DNA from: an uncultured Armatimonadetes bacterium
GTDB taxonomy: Bacteria; Armatimonadota; Hebobacteria; Hebobacterales; Hebobacteraceae
Length of the DNA: 64,000 nt
Assembly: GCA_963716175.1 (NCBI GenBank)
Contig: OY970296.1
Coordinates: 1,984,001 to 2,048,000, forward strand
Direction of reading: 5' to 3'
The notes under the pieces were generated by a model that was not told where the DNA came from, ran no database searches, and saw only the letters and a list, made by a program, of their open reading frames with translations. The first letter of the stretch is position 1, and each line of letters begins with the position of its first letter. Shown here piece after piece: positions 31,651-42,283 of the stretch. The translations under genes were made by a program, and so were the position numbers.

Positions 31651-32760
31651 ATGAAGAGGCTATGGCCGATGCTGTTGGTGTTGTTGGGGACGGGGACGCT
31701 TCGGGCGGCGGGCGACCAGGCGTACCTGGGGGTGTTCGCGGAGACGCGAGTGCAGCAGATGGCGGGGATGCCCAAGATGCCAGCGTTGCCTCCGGGCATG
31801 GATTTGTCCAATCTACCGGGGGCGGGGGCGATGATGGGGATGGGGCGGCCGATGCGGAGTCTGGAAGTGCGGCTGTGGTCTCCGGGGATCGCGCCGGCGA
31901 ACGCGTCGGCATTCCTGGAAGTGCCGGAGGGGCTGGGACAGGGAAAGCGGCTGAACTTGGATCTGTACCGCCCGAAGCCGGGACAGGCGGAGCCGGAGGC
32001 GACAGGGCCGGCGGCTCCGGACTTCACGATCAAGATCTACTGGGGTTCGTCGGCCACCGTGCGGCCGGGGCAGCCGAAGGTGATCCGGATGGCCGATCTT
32101 GCAGGCGAGGCGAAGGCGGCGATGCAGCGCCAAGCGCCGCAAGGGGCGCGCGGGACCTACTTCTACAAGCCGGACTGGACCACGGGGTACTGGCCGACCG
32201 GGAGGCAGCCGGGGCGGATCGGGGAACAGGCCTCCCTGCTGGGGCACTATGCGCTGACGACGACTCACGCCGGGTCGGTGGCGATCGACGATCCGCCGAA
32301 CGTGGACTTTCTGGCGCCGATCGAGCTGACGAGCCCCGACCTCAGCAAGCAGGTGGCGCTGGACGGCGCGATCATGCTGGCGTGGAAACTGGTGCCGGGC
32401 TTGCTGGGCCAGCATGCCATGGTGATGGGAATGGAGGGGAAGAGCACGCTGGTGCTGTGGACATCGGCGGAGACAGCGAGTGCCCCGGCGATGGGGGACT
32501 GGGGCTATCTGGAGATGGCGAAGGTGCGGGAACTGGTGAGCCAGGGGGTGTTGATGAAGCCTGATCGCACCAGCGCGATCGTGCCGGCGGGCATCTTCAA
32601 GAACGCTGACGTGGCGAACCTGATGATGATCGGCTACGGCCCGGGGACGGCACTCGATACCGGGCAGCCGCTGCCGCGGATTCAGACCAAGACGACGCTC
32701 AGCGCGATGCTCGGCGGCAAAGGCATGAGTGGCATGGAGGGAATCGGCGCGGGCGAGTAG
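31651..32760 (+). CDS. Hypothetical secreted protein
   Basis: RBS, signal peptide MKRLWPMLLVLLG, 369-codon ORF. Confidence 0.75.
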   Translation: MKRLWPMLLVLLGTGTLRAAGDQAYLGVFAETRVQQMAGMPKMPALPPGMDLSNLPGAGAMMGMGRPMRSLEVRLWSPGIAPANASAFLEVPEGLGQGKRLNLDLYRPKPGQAEPEATGPAAPDFTIKIYWGSSATVRPGQPKVIRMADLAGEAKAAMQRQAPQGARGTYFYKPDWTTGYWPTGRQPGRIGEQASLLGHYALTTTHAGSVAIDDPPNVDFLAPIELTSPDLSKQVALDGAIMLAWKLVPGLLGQHAMVMGMEGKSTLVLWTSAETASAPAMGDWGYLEMAKVRELVSQGVLMKPDRTSAIVPAGIFKNADVANLMMIGYGPGTALDTGQPLPRIQTKTTLSAMLGGKGMSGMEGIGAGE

Positions 32761-33258
32761 GCGCGGGCCAGGTCTGCTTGCGGATGGCAAGTAGCGACGG
32801 GGCGGCCCGCGGCACCGAGCAGGCTGGGCAGCTTGTGGAGCAGATCGTTCAGCATCCGCAGTAGGACGGTCTGGAAGGGCCGCTTCAGGTCACGCATGAT
32901 CGCGCTCCCGCACGTCGGTCATCAAGGGGCCGGCAGCGATTCCGTGTGGATGTCAAGCGGGCTTGGGACACCGCCTGAGCAGCTCGGACCGGCCCTGCCC
33001 CTGATGACCGGCGACGCGTCGTCGCGTGTAACCGCGACGATGGGACATGGATGAGCCGTCGGAACATCTGTGGGGTGAGAAGCGGGTGCGAAGGGCGCGG
33101 TGAGACGGGCCGGCCTACCAGGTGACACCGGCCACGGTCAGCAGAGCAGTCAGGCCGCGAGCCGATACGCGGTGATCTGAGTATCTGCGAAGAGGCGGCG
33201 CTCAATCGTGGCTGGCAGCGTCCTGGCGGACTTCCCCGGCCTGCCCCACTCTTCTTCC

Positions 33259-33333
33259 TGTCCGACGCCCCCGGCCACCCCCGACTCCGGCTACCCCTTT
33301 GGCTTGGAGTCGGGGGCCGGGGTTCCGTCGCGT
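33259..33333 (+). repeat. Repeat R10 (tail to about 33478)
   Basis: TGTCCGACGCCCCCGGCCACCCCCGACTCCGGCTACCCCTTTGGCTTGGAGTCGGGGGCCGGGGTTCCGTCGCG. Confidence 0.9.
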
Positions 33334-33539
33334 ATGCGTCCGGTATGGCAGGAGCAGTCGCGCCACGGCGGCGATCACCGGCAGCCCCACCCGGTCGAAT
33401 CCCCGCTCGGCACCTTTCTCCATCCCCGGTGGCCTTCCAGCACAGGGGTGTCCTCGAGTACAGAGAATACCGCCACTGGGACCATAGGAGCGTCTTGGGA
33501 GGCAGACGAGCTTTCGGACCGCGCGGGCGGAGGAGCGAG

Positions 33540-33821
33540 AAGCCTGTCTCCAAGCAGACGAAGATCGAGAAGAAGCCGTCCAACCAGTATGACTCTGCGT
33601 ACACTGGGGTGACCTGGGTCACCATCGAGGCCAAGAACAGGAGCTATACGGGTTGGTATGTCGACATCCGGGACACCATAGGCGAACCGGGGACGGCAGA
33701 CGACAACGTCACGAGCAGGAGGACCTCCGGCATCAAGTGCGTGAGCAAAGGGGCTTGCAATCGCTACCAGCACCAGTACCTGAAGCTCCAGCATTCGCTG
33801 GAGCAGTTCGCTGATGCCTGA
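33540..33821 (+). pseudogene. Possible 3' fragment of an unknown gene
   Basis: Protein-like translation (KQTKIEKKPSNQYDSAYTGVTWVTIEAK...) with no plausible start. Confidence 0.3.
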
Positions 33822-33847
33822 CGTCGCGGTGCAGGAGGTGCAGCGGG

Positions 33848-34924
33848 ATGCGTGACTTCCACATCGGTCGTCTTGCTGCCGTGATCTGGCTGGCATATCT
33901 GTGCGCTGCTGGCGCTCGATGCTCGTCGGCAGACATGAGCTCTCTCCTGGGCATCGGCGGCACATATCAGCCGATGAGCGGTGAATCCCCAGTCCGCCTT
34001 CTTCGCGAGTTCATCCGGATCGAGTTCTCCCCTCGCCTGGCGCGCACGGTCGTCCAGTTCGAGTTCCGCAACGAAGGTCGGCCCCAGACGGTCGTCATGG
34101 GCTTCCCGGAGCAGGTCATGTATGAACGCGGGAGGTACCAGCGCTTCCGGGCCGAGGCTGACGGATGGCCACTGGCCGCCAGGCCAACGCCATGGGTGGC
34201 GGAATCATCCGAGCAGCGTTGGGCGCGATGGTGGGTGAGCAAGGTGCACTTCGCCCGCGGGGAGCGCCGCATCATACGAGTACGTTACCAGGAACCCCCT
34301 GGCATAGACGAGACGGACTGCTACGTGTACCGCTACCTGTTCGGGACCGGGCGCTCCTGGAAGGGAAGCATCGGCAGCGTGCAGGTGCTGATGATCCTGA
34401 AGGTTTTCCCCCTGGATGCCACGGTCACGGCCTACTTGCGGGGCGCGACACGTCATGGTGATCGGATTGCGTGGCAGTTCCAAGACTGGGAGCCAGACGA
34501 GGACGTCGCTCTTGACGTGGCGGTGTCGCCCTACATCACGGACATCGTTTTCGACGGCCACTACCCGAGCCTGTCGATGGAGAAGGAGCTAAACTTACGG
34601 CACGGCCATCTCGCTGGGCATCTCCGCAGCATCGCGGACTGGGCGGAGGGGAGTCTGGCGTGGTCTCGCGGTGAGCGGACCGGCTTCATTCATCGGAGGG
34701 CTAAGACCCTTGCTCTGACGGTCGACTCAACCCAGGCGTTGCTACTCCCTGAGAAGAGGGAGATCCGGCTTCCGTTCGCTGCCTATATTGAGCATGGTTT
34801 GCTCCGCGTGCCCGTTCGCGCGGTCTGGGAAGCGCTCGGCTTTTGCGTGGATATGAAGAAGGACGCGATCGGCAACTGGTCCGTGCGTGTTTGCGATCCA
34901 CAGAAGCACGGGGCGGCTTTGTGA
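33848..34924 (+). CDS. Secreted DUF4424-like protein with a C-terminal copper-amine-oxidase-N (stalk)-like domain
   Basis: FEFRNEG...MGFP, YLFGTGRSWKGSIG and LRVPVRAVWEALG motifs. Confidence 0.65.
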   Translation: MRDFHIGRLAAVIWLAYLCAAGARCSSADMSSLLGIGGTYQPMSGESPVRLLREFIRIEFSPRLARTVVQFEFRNEGRPQTVVMGFPEQVMYERGRYQRFRAEADGWPLAARPTPWVAESSEQRWARWWVSKVHFARGERRIIRVRYQEPPGIDETDCYVYRYLFGTGRSWKGSIGSVQVLMILKVFPLDATVTAYLRGATRHGDRIAWQFQDWEPDEDVALDVAVSPYITDIVFDGHYPSLSMEKELNLRHGHLAGHLRSIADWAEGSLAWSRGERTGFIHRRAKTLALTVDSTQALLLPEKREIRLPFAAYIEHGLLRVPVRAVWEALGFCVDMKKDAIGNWSVRVCDPQKHGAAL

Positions 34925-34970
34925 GCCGGGGTATGCACTCCCGCCCAATCGTCGGCTGACCAGCCTCGCT

Positions 34971-35022
34971 CCCCGCCACCCCCGACTCCGGCTACCCCTC
35001 GGCTGGGAGTGAGTGACCGGGC
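34971..35022 (+). repeat. Repeat R11
   Basis: CCCCGCCACCCCCGACTCCGGCTACCCCTCGGCTGGGAGTGAGTGACCGGG. Confidence 0.9.
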
Positions 35023-35152
35023 CGAAACGCGCTATGCGACGATACGTCCCAGGAAGACGAGACTGAGACCTGGGACCATCCCCCTATCGGTCCTGACGGC
35101 CATTGCGGTATGCTGATCAGGCATGCAGACAGTGCGCAAGGAGGTAGAACCG

Positions 35153-36022
35153 ATGAACGCGTGGCGTCAGCTTGCATTCGCGGTGAGCATGTTGTTGGTC
35201 TGCGCATTGGGGGCCGCCACTGCTGCTCGCGCTCAAGACGCTTCCTCCATGATTCTGGCCGGCATCATGGAGGTGATAGACCAGGAGCTCTCCATGCCTT
35301 CACTCGGGGGCCCGACTGGGGTTGTGAGCCTACCGAACGCAATCACCATGCCTGCAGATGGGTGGCAGGCGGCCCTCAGCTACCAGGGGATGCGAGCATC
35401 ATCCTGGGGCATGTACCAGGCTCCCGATGATCTCGGAGTGTGGTCTCTCCAGGCGGCGCATAGAGTGAACGACACGTCCGAGCTGTGGGCAAGTTACTCC
35501 TCTGCAACCGATCACGTGGGTTCCCGCACGTGGGGACTCGGCGGCAAGAAGATGTTCACGCATTTCCAGGGGGAAGGACCCTTCGTGGCCGTAAGCGCCA
35601 GCTACCACAAGTGGGGTGATGCCTTCGGCGAAGGATGGTCAGCAGATGATCCGGCCCGGCCTGACGCGAATGTGACCAAGGCCTACGCGGTGGTGACAGG
35701 ATCTCTGGCACACGAGGGCTGGGCCTCTGGGTTGTTAGGGACCGGGGGCCTCATGGGCCTCGGCTTCGATCCCAATCGCGGCCGTAGCCGGAGCCTGATG
35801 CGACCATTCGTCGCTCTGCAGTTCGTCGGCTGGGGTACCGTGCTGGGCCTCGAGTACCGCTGGCCGGACGCTCCCCTGGATGCAGAGCCGGTTCTCTCCG
35901 CAGCCATTCGTCAAGTGTTGTCGCATGAGCTTACGGTCGAACTGGGCACCACCAACGCCAGCCCCGTCGGTACCGGACTTTCAGCTCAACGGCTGTTCCT
36001 GCGGCTAAGCCATACACTCTAG
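35153..36022 (+). CDS. Hypothetical secreted, probable beta-barrel (YjbH-like) protein
   Basis: GGAGG RBS, signal peptide, GPTGVVSLPNA motif. Confidence 0.65.
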   Translation: MNAWRQLAFAVSMLLVCALGAATAARAQDASSMILAGIMEVIDQELSMPSLGGPTGVVSLPNAITMPADGWQAALSYQGMRASSWGMYQAPDDLGVWSLQAAHRVNDTSELWASYSSATDHVGSRTWGLGGKKMFTHFQGEGPFVAVSASYHKWGDAFGEGWSADDPARPDANVTKAYAVVTGSLAHEGWASGLLGTGGLMGLGFDPNRGRSRSLMRPFVALQFVGWGTVLGLEYRWPDAPLDAEPVLSAAIRQVLSHELTVELGTTNASPVGTGLSAQRLFLRLSHTL

Positions 36023-36077
36023 AGACGGCATCGCCGGGGCGTCGTCTGTTGCTCCCCGGCGTAGGTAACGGGGTGCC

Positions 36078-37709
36078 ATGAGATGCGCTCGACTGGGTCT
36101 GAGCCTCCTCTTCGTGCTCGCCATCGTGCCGCTAGGTGCATTCGGCGAGGGCACGAGTCCGCCGCCTGGTCTGCCACTGCCCAGCACCGGGCTGGTGCTC
36201 GATCAGAAGCTCACCGTCGGCGACATCACTGTCAGTTATCCCCAGGGCCTGGAGTCGCAGGCGAAGGAGCTTGCTGACATCTGCCAGCAGGTCATCCCAC
36301 CTCGCAAAGCGAGGTACCTTGTCGCGGCGCGGGCGTTCTCCGATGAGAAGGCGATAGCACAGCGGGTGGTCGATCTACTCGGTTGCGCGGACTGCACCGA
36401 CTCCACCTATCGCGCGCTCTCTCGACTCGCGCAGGACAGCGGGGCCCTGGTTGACACCCTGTTCCTGCCGATGCTCAGCGACGTGCGGATCTACCGCGAG
36501 GCCGACCTCAGGATCCCCGGCGGCCTACACACCGGTGTGGTGGACTTGGTCTACGACCCGAGTGCGGACCGATTCATGTTCAGCATGGGCGCTCGGATCA
36601 CCGGTGAGGGGGCCAGGGCGCCCGCCGGCAAGGGGTTTATGCCAGTCATCGTGAGGGACGACGGCACGTTCAGAAGCGCAGCAGGACTTGGCCCCGCGGA
36701 GGACCTCGCGGGAAAACTGGATGAGACCGCGGTGAGTGGGGCGATTGTGACCCGCGCCGCGCTTATCCACGAAGAGGCAGAGATCGTGCTGGGGGTTTCG
36801 GGCTTCGACCATCCCTTCGCGCGATGGTTCAACGAGGGGGTGGCGAACTGGGTGGCGCTCCAGGTCGTCGCTGAGGTCGCGCCCGAGTACCTGCAAGTAT
36901 GCAGGGAGCACTTCCTTCCAGGGCGAGAAGCGAATCCGCTGCGAGAGAGGATCAACCTGCTCGCCTGGACACAGGTTACGTATGAGAGGGAGTTCGTCCT
37001 CGCCGGGGATAGCGGTCTGGACGAGGCGCACTACCCCTATGCTACCGAGTTGGTCGAGCGTCTTCTCGATCGGCAGCCACCAGGCACCCTTGCCAGGGTG
37101 GTGGCAAGGGTGAAGGGATCACAATCGCCCGATAGTGATGCCATCTGCCAGGCGTTTCGAGAGGTCACGGGCAAGGATGCCAGGAGTATGCTGCTCGAAT
37201 ACGTGCCGACACATGTCCGGGACGGCCTCGCGCAGGGCCTACCCAGCACGAAGCTGCAAGAAGGCTACGCGGCGCTCTCGGCAGACCAGCTCCCTCAGGC
37301 TGCCGCGCGACTCAAGGAGGCGCTTGAGATGAGCCCGTCTGACCCCGACGCACACCTCAACCTGGCGATCATCATGCGCAGGGCCTTACGCGGGCCTCAG
37401 GTGCCAGACCCAGGGACTGAGCAGCGGCGATGGCAGGAATCGCAGCGCCATATCGCTATCGCTGCCGTGCTCACCAAGCGCGATGCGAGCCGCCAGTTCC
37501 AGATCCATGGGCCAGTTGACGATGAGGCGCGGTACGCGCTTGGCCGGGCGGAGCAGTTCCGGGGACGCACAGAAGAGGCGAAGCGGATGCTCTCGAACCT
37601 GCCCAAGGACCACCAGGACGCGCAGCAGGCGCTGAAGGAGATAGCGGAGGAGGAGAAGTCGTCCGCGTCGAGGCCGACAGAGCACACCGGGCAGGGAGGC
37701 CCGCCATGA
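36078..37709 (+). CDS. Secreted peptidase MA-like (degenerate zincin) plus TPR protein
   Basis: LIHEEAE...WFNEGVANW; C-terminal TPR-like helices. Confidence 0.6.
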   Translation: MRCARLGLSLLFVLAIVPLGAFGEGTSPPPGLPLPSTGLVLDQKLTVGDITVSYPQGLESQAKELADICQQVIPPRKARYLVAARAFSDEKAIAQRVVDLLGCADCTDSTYRALSRLAQDSGALVDTLFLPMLSDVRIYREADLRIPGGLHTGVVDLVYDPSADRFMFSMGARITGEGARAPAGKGFMPVIVRDDGTFRSAAGLGPAEDLAGKLDETAVSGAIVTRAALIHEEAEIVLGVSGFDHPFARWFNEGVANWVALQVVAEVAPEYLQVCREHFLPGREANPLRERINLLAWTQVTYEREFVLAGDSGLDEAHYPYATELVERLLDRQPPGTLARVVARVKGSQSPDSDAICQAFREVTGKDARSMLLEYVPTHVRDGLAQGLPSTKLQEGYAALSADQLPQAAARLKEALEMSPSDPDAHLNLAIIMRRALRGPQVPDPGTEQRRWQESQRHIAIAAVLTKRDASRQFQIHGPVDDEARYALGRAEQFRGRTEEAKRMLSNLPKDHQDAQQALKEIAEEEKSSASRPTEHTGQGGPP

Positions 37710-40405
37710 GAGCAGCGACGCTGATGGCAGCCTTGGTAATCGGCCTCGCTGTGTGTGCAGCGGCGCAGGCCGCCAAGGCAGTGCCCCGGCTGCCCGACGA
37801 TGTACGCCCGACGCGGTACCGACTGGACATCACGCCTGACCTGGACGCCGGTACGTTCAGCGGGTCCGTGGACGTCACGATTCGGCTCGCGAAGCCGCGG
37901 CGGGAGATCGTGCTCAACGCGAAGGAGCTGGAGCTCTCGCAGGTAGAGATCAGCGCGGCCGGCGGCGCACTGAGGGTGTACCCGACAATGAGCCTTGATG
38001 ACGAGAACGGGCTAGTCTTGCTCTCCTCGCCGGAGGTGCTGCCGGCCGGAGAGTACGTGCTGCACATCGCGTTCAACGCGAAGCTGAATGAGCAGCCGGC
38101 CGGGTTCTACCGCGCCGCTTTCACTGATGCGAGCGGGCAGAAGCACACCACCGCAGTGGCAATGATGGAGCCCGTGGACGCGAGGCGCATGTTCCCCTGC
38201 TTCGATGAACCGGCAATGAAGGCGACCTTCCAGGTCACCGCTCACATCAAGCCGGGGGTGGCGGCCATCTCCAATGCTCCGGTGGCGCGAAGGTACGCTG
38301 ACCCTAGTGGGGCGCGGGACGTAGTCGAGTTCGAAGAGACGCTGCCCATGTCGACGTATCTTGTTGCCCTCTGCGTCGGAGAGTTCGAGGCGACGGAGCC
38401 GGTGGTGGCAGAGGGGATACCGGTGCGTGTGTGGGCGGTCAAGGACAAGAGCCATCTCGGAGGCTATGCCCGCGACCTCGCGGTCCGCCTGCTGACCTAC
38501 TACCAGGACTACTTCGGGATTCCCTACCCTTGGAAGAAGCTCGACCTCATCGCCGTACCGGAGGCCTCCTTCTCGGGAATGGAGGACGCTGGCGCCATCC
38601 TGTTCGGTGAGGAGTTCCTCCTCGTGGACCCAAACCAGTCCTCAGCAGCCGCCCGCCGTATGGCTGCGGAGATCATCGCCCACGAAATCTCCCACATGTG
38701 GCTCGGGGATCTGGTGACCATGAAGTGGTGGGATGACCTCTGGCTCAACGAGTCCTTCGCGTCGTGGATGGAAGTGCGAGCCACCCCGCAGGTAGTACCA
38801 GAGTGGGAGCCCTGGGAGGGGTATGCCGCGATGCGCGCGAGTGCCCTGGACAGCGACTACCTGCGTAGCACTCATGCCGTCCACGTGGAGGTAGCCAACC
38901 CGTCGGAGGCCGAGGAGATCTTCGATGCGATCTCCTACCAGAAGGGCGGAGCGATTCTGCGGATGCTGGAAGCCTACGTGGGCGAGGACGCGTTCCGAGA
39001 GGCGATCCGGCGGTATCTCAGAGCACACGCCTTTGGGAGTGCCACCTCCGAAGACTTCTGGAGGGCCATTGATGCGGCCTCCGGCCGCCCGGTCAGCGCG
39101 ATGATGCATGCCTGGGTCTACGAGTCTGGCTACCCGCTGGTCGCAGTAGAGGGAAGCCAGCCAGGCACGCTCACCGCGGTGCAAAGGCCTTTCTGCGTGA
39201 GTGGCCCGCCCGCGAACCCAGGCGTCCTCTGGCAGATCCCACTGCGTTTCAGAGAAGTCACCGATGGTGGTTCAGGAAAGCAACCCACTGCCGAGGCCGG
39301 GCTCCTGGCGGACCACCAGGGCACGCTTCGGTCTCCTACGGCTTTCACCGGCGCGGAGAAGCGACCCTTTCTCGCAAACGCAGGCGCCACTGGCTACTAC
39401 CGGGTTCGCCACTCGCCGGCGCAGTTGCGGGCGCTGCTGCCACTCATAGAGAATGGCATGGAACCCGCGGAGCGCTTCGACCTGATCTCCGGTCAATGGG
39501 CGCTGACGCGGGAGGGGGAGGCTGATATCGGTGATTATTTGGAGATGGTGTCGGCCTACCGCGAGGACACGGATGCTACGGTCTGGAGCGCGGTGCTGGA
39601 CGTGAGCCACCCGGAATGGGGGAACGGTCAGGGCGTACTCAGCTACCTCGACCGCTTCGTTAGCGACGATGCACGCGCCTCCTATCAGCGCTTCGTGCGA
39701 GATCAACTGGGTCCGATCTACGCGAAGCTGGGCTGGAGCAGCTCTCCAGGGGAGAGGGGCGAGCTGAGGCAGCTGCGGGGCGACGTGCTGCGGACGCTGG
39801 GAACCATCGGCCAGGACGAGGCAGTGATAGCCCGCGCCCGCAGGCTGTTTGTGGACTACCTGCGAGACGAGAAGAGCGTGGCTCCCAATCTGCTGGATGC
39901 CGTGTTCTGCACCGTTGCCTACAACGGGGACACTAAGGATCTGACCCATTTCCTTTCCATGTACAGCAGCGCGCCGACTCCCGAGGTGCGATCCCACTAC
40001 GTGACGGCCCTGGCATGCTTCCAGCGTCCCGAATCGGTGCAGCGGGTGTTCGAGTGGGCGCTCAGCGGAGAGCCGCGGGCTGACGATGTTAGCAACTTGC
40101 TAGGCGCCATGCTCAGCAGTCGTGCAGGAGCTGATGTCGCCTGGCCGTTCGTCGAAGCGCGATGGAGCGACATCACAAAGCGCTTGGCCGCCTTTACGAT
40201 GGCCGTCGGCGTCGTCGCCCCACTGGGGAATCTGTCGAAGGCTGCTCAGTACGGGGATGTAGAAGCCTTCCTCCACTCACAGAAGGAGGTCACTGCGGAG
40301 CGCACGATCGCGCAAGTTCTGGAGCAGATCAGAGTGAACGTGGCCTTCCGCGAGCGGTCAGCCGACGGGCTGAGCCGGTGGCTCAGGGAGCACTATGGAG
40401 GCTGA
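37706..40405 (+). CDS. Secreted M1-family aminopeptidase
   Basis: ARRMFPCFDEP, SGMED (GAMEN-like), HEISH...WLNE and ISYQKG motifs; ERAP1-like C-terminal domain. Confidence 0.93.
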   Translation: MRAATLMAALVIGLAVCAAAQAAKAVPRLPDDVRPTRYRLDITPDLDAGTFSGSVDVTIRLAKPRREIVLNAKELELSQVEISAAGGALRVYPTMSLDDENGLVLLSSPEVLPAGEYVLHIAFNAKLNEQPAGFYRAAFTDASGQKHTTAVAMMEPVDARRMFPCFDEPAMKATFQVTAHIKPGVAAISNAPVARRYADPSGARDVVEFEETLPMSTYLVALCVGEFEATEPVVAEGIPVRVWAVKDKSHLGGYARDLAVRLLTYYQDYFGIPYPWKKLDLIAVPEASFSGMEDAGAILFGEEFLLVDPNQSSAAARRMAAEIIAHEISHMWLGDLVTMKWWDDLWLNESFASWMEVRATPQVVPEWEPWEGYAAMRASALDSDYLRSTHAVHVEVANPSEAEEIFDAISYQKGGAILRMLEAYVGEDAFREAIRRYLRAHAFGSATSEDFWRAIDAASGRPVSAMMHAWVYESGYPLVAVEGSQPGTLTAVQRPFCVSGPPANPGVLWQIPLRFREVTDGGSGKQPTAEAGLLADHQGTLRSPTAFTGAEKRPFLANAGATGYYRVRHSPAQLRALLPLIENGMEPAERFDLISGQWALTREGEADIGDYLEMVSAYREDTDATVWSAVLDVSHPEWGNGQGVLSYLDRFVSDDARASYQRFVRDQLGPIYAKLGWSSSPGERGELRQLRGDVLRTLGTIGQDEAVIARARRLFVDYLRDEKSVAPNLLDAVFCTVAYNGDTKDLTHFLSMYSSAPTPEVRSHYVTALACFQRPESVQRVFEWALSGEPRADDVSNLLGAMLSSRAGADVAWPFVEARWSDITKRLAAFTMAVGVVAPLGNLSKAAQYGDVEAFLHSQKEVTAERTIAQVLEQIRVNVAFRERSADGLSRWLREHYGG

Positions 40406-40406
40406 G

Positions 40407-41624
40407 ATGAGGGCGAGACTGGGGCTATGCCTGCTATTGGCAGTGGCGGCCACGGGCGCGGCGCACAGCGCTGAGCTGTCGCTGGCGCAGGCAGAGAAAG
40501 GCCTCAGGGTGGCGGAGGGTTTGCCTTCGAGGGAGAACTGGCAAGGCAGCTCGCTGCGCTACCGAGTCGAGCCGCTGGAGGCTGCCTTCCGCAGCGCCAC
40601 TGCTCACGATCCGGGGCGGGCGTACCAGGGATTGGCGAGATGCCAGATGCTGCTCGGCCGGTATCGTCAAGCCGCTCGCTGGTTCCGTCGAGCCGTGAAG
40701 GCGGCGCCTGGCAATCGCGCGGCCGCGGCAGACTGGCGCCGAGCCCAGCAGTTCGCCACCATCGCCAGGGCCGCGGGCCGGCTGCTTCCCGAGGGCACCG
40801 TCGTGCTTCAGGTCGCGCCGCTGGGAGGTGATGCGCGGGGACCATGGGCGGTGCTCTCCGCAGCCATCGGGCCAGCGATGAGCTTCACCAACGACAACTT
40901 CTACGAGGGGGCGCGTCTGAGACTGCTGCGCGAGACCACGCGGGGACCGAGACTGGTCTGGCGTTCGGACGTGCTCAGTGTTCGGATCGGGCCGGGGCCT
41001 GGATGGACGAATGGCTTCCGGATGTACGTGCTGGAGGAGAGGCCTCTCAAGGTGCTCGTTGAGGAGGTGTTCTACGGGGCAGACTGGTCCCCGTCGCATG
41101 TCGACGCGTTTGCCTGGCAGGGGGGAAGGCTGATCGCTGTGCCAGTGCGTGAAGGCGAGAGCGACCACATCGGGGCGCCGCCGGCTGGTAACACCTTCCC
41201 ATCCATCCAGGCGTCTGCGTTCGATAGTGAGATACCTCCCTGGATCCTGGACCTGGGGCATGATGGACAGCACGAAGTGGTGACGCTGAACAGGATCGGA
41301 TCCGGCCTTGCGATGGCTGCGATGGTGTTCTGGCCCTCCATCTATACCTACGAGCGCGGCGCCTACATGCTCGCCGACAGACGTTTCCCGAAAGCGTACC
41401 TGGAGACCGGCGATGAGATCCGGCAGAGGTCGGAGGAGCATCCGGGCAACTACGAGCTGCTGAAGGATCTGGGGATCTACTACGAGATACAGGGGGATGC
41501 CGAAGCGGCTCTGGATGCGTACCGGCGCGCAGAGGCTGCCCTGACATCACGAGCCGCGGACTCGCCGGCTGCCCAGTCCGAACTCGCTGGCATCCGGGCC
41601 CGTATCCGGCGCCTGGGCGGGTGA
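40407..41624 (+). CDS. Secreted TPR-containing hypothetical protein
   Basis: Signal peptide; TPR-like segments at both ends. Confidence 0.65.
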   Translation: MRARLGLCLLLAVAATGAAHSAELSLAQAEKGLRVAEGLPSRENWQGSSLRYRVEPLEAAFRSATAHDPGRAYQGLARCQMLLGRYRQAARWFRRAVKAAPGNRAAAADWRRAQQFATIARAAGRLLPEGTVVLQVAPLGGDARGPWAVLSAAIGPAMSFTNDNFYEGARLRLLRETTRGPRLVWRSDVLSVRIGPGPGWTNGFRMYVLEERPLKVLVEEVFYGADWSPSHVDAFAWQGGRLIAVPVREGESDHIGAPPAGNTFPSIQASAFDSEIPPWILDLGHDGQHEVVTLNRIGSGLAMAAMVFWPSIYTYERGAYMLADRRFPKAYLETGDEIRQRSEEHPGNYELLKDLGIYYEIQGDAEAALDAYRRAEAALTSRAADSPAAQSELAGIRARIRRLGG

Positions 41625-41745
41625 GCAGGACCCCGTCGGTCCGGCTGAGTCGCTGCCAGCGCCGAGCCGACTAGCTGGAACCCGCGTGTTGTGCCGGATG
41701 AGGAAATGCCGGTGGTCTAGGGCCGCCTTCTGACGCAGTTGTCCT

Positions 41746-41831
41746 TGCCGACCGCCCGTGAAGCCGCCCCCGGTCACCCCCGACTCCGGCTACCCCCTCG
41801 GCTGGAGTCACTGCCCTTGGGCTCTCTCGCG
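41746..41831 (+). repeat. Repeat R12
   Basis: TGCCGACCGCCCGTGAAGCCGCCCCCGGTCACCCCCGACTCCGGCTACCCCCTCGGCTGGAGTCACTG. Confidence 0.9.
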
Positions 41832-42231
41832 ACAGGGAACGACGCGACAGTGAGCTACCAGGGCCGTCGATCTGTCTGTCAGTCGGTGGCAGCGACGTGG
41901 AGACTGCCAGTCGTCTGGACTGCTCTGGCGGAGGGCTCACTGGTACAGCGCGTTCAGCCGGTCCGGCGGCATATCGCACAAGGTCGCGCCGACAGAGCCG
42001 ATACGCGACGGAGCCGCGCACGCTCATCGCCACGCGGCCCCGGAGACGAGGCTTGCACTGCTCAGCACGATTCTCTAGGATTCACCCTGACCGAGTTGCC
42101 ACGCAAGATACTGCGGACCCACCTGAGGCGCAAGAGGCAAGTCCGGGTCCTTGAGTATCCCCGATCACACATTGTGAGGGCAGACTGACACGGACACGCC
42201 GGACTTGGCGGCCCAGACCTGATGGCAGGAG

Positions 42232-42283
42232 GCCGACGGCCCCGGGCAACCCCGACTCCGGCTCCCCCCTCGGCTTGGAGTTG
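42232..42283 (+). repeat. Repeat R13
   Basis: GCCGACGGCCCCGGGCAACCCCGACTCCGGCTCCCCCCTCGGCTTGGAGTTG. Confidence 0.88.

Noticed and set aside
33159-33171. Group II intron domain V (GAGCCG...)
   Set aside because: No complementary CGGTTC arm and no intron-encoded protein
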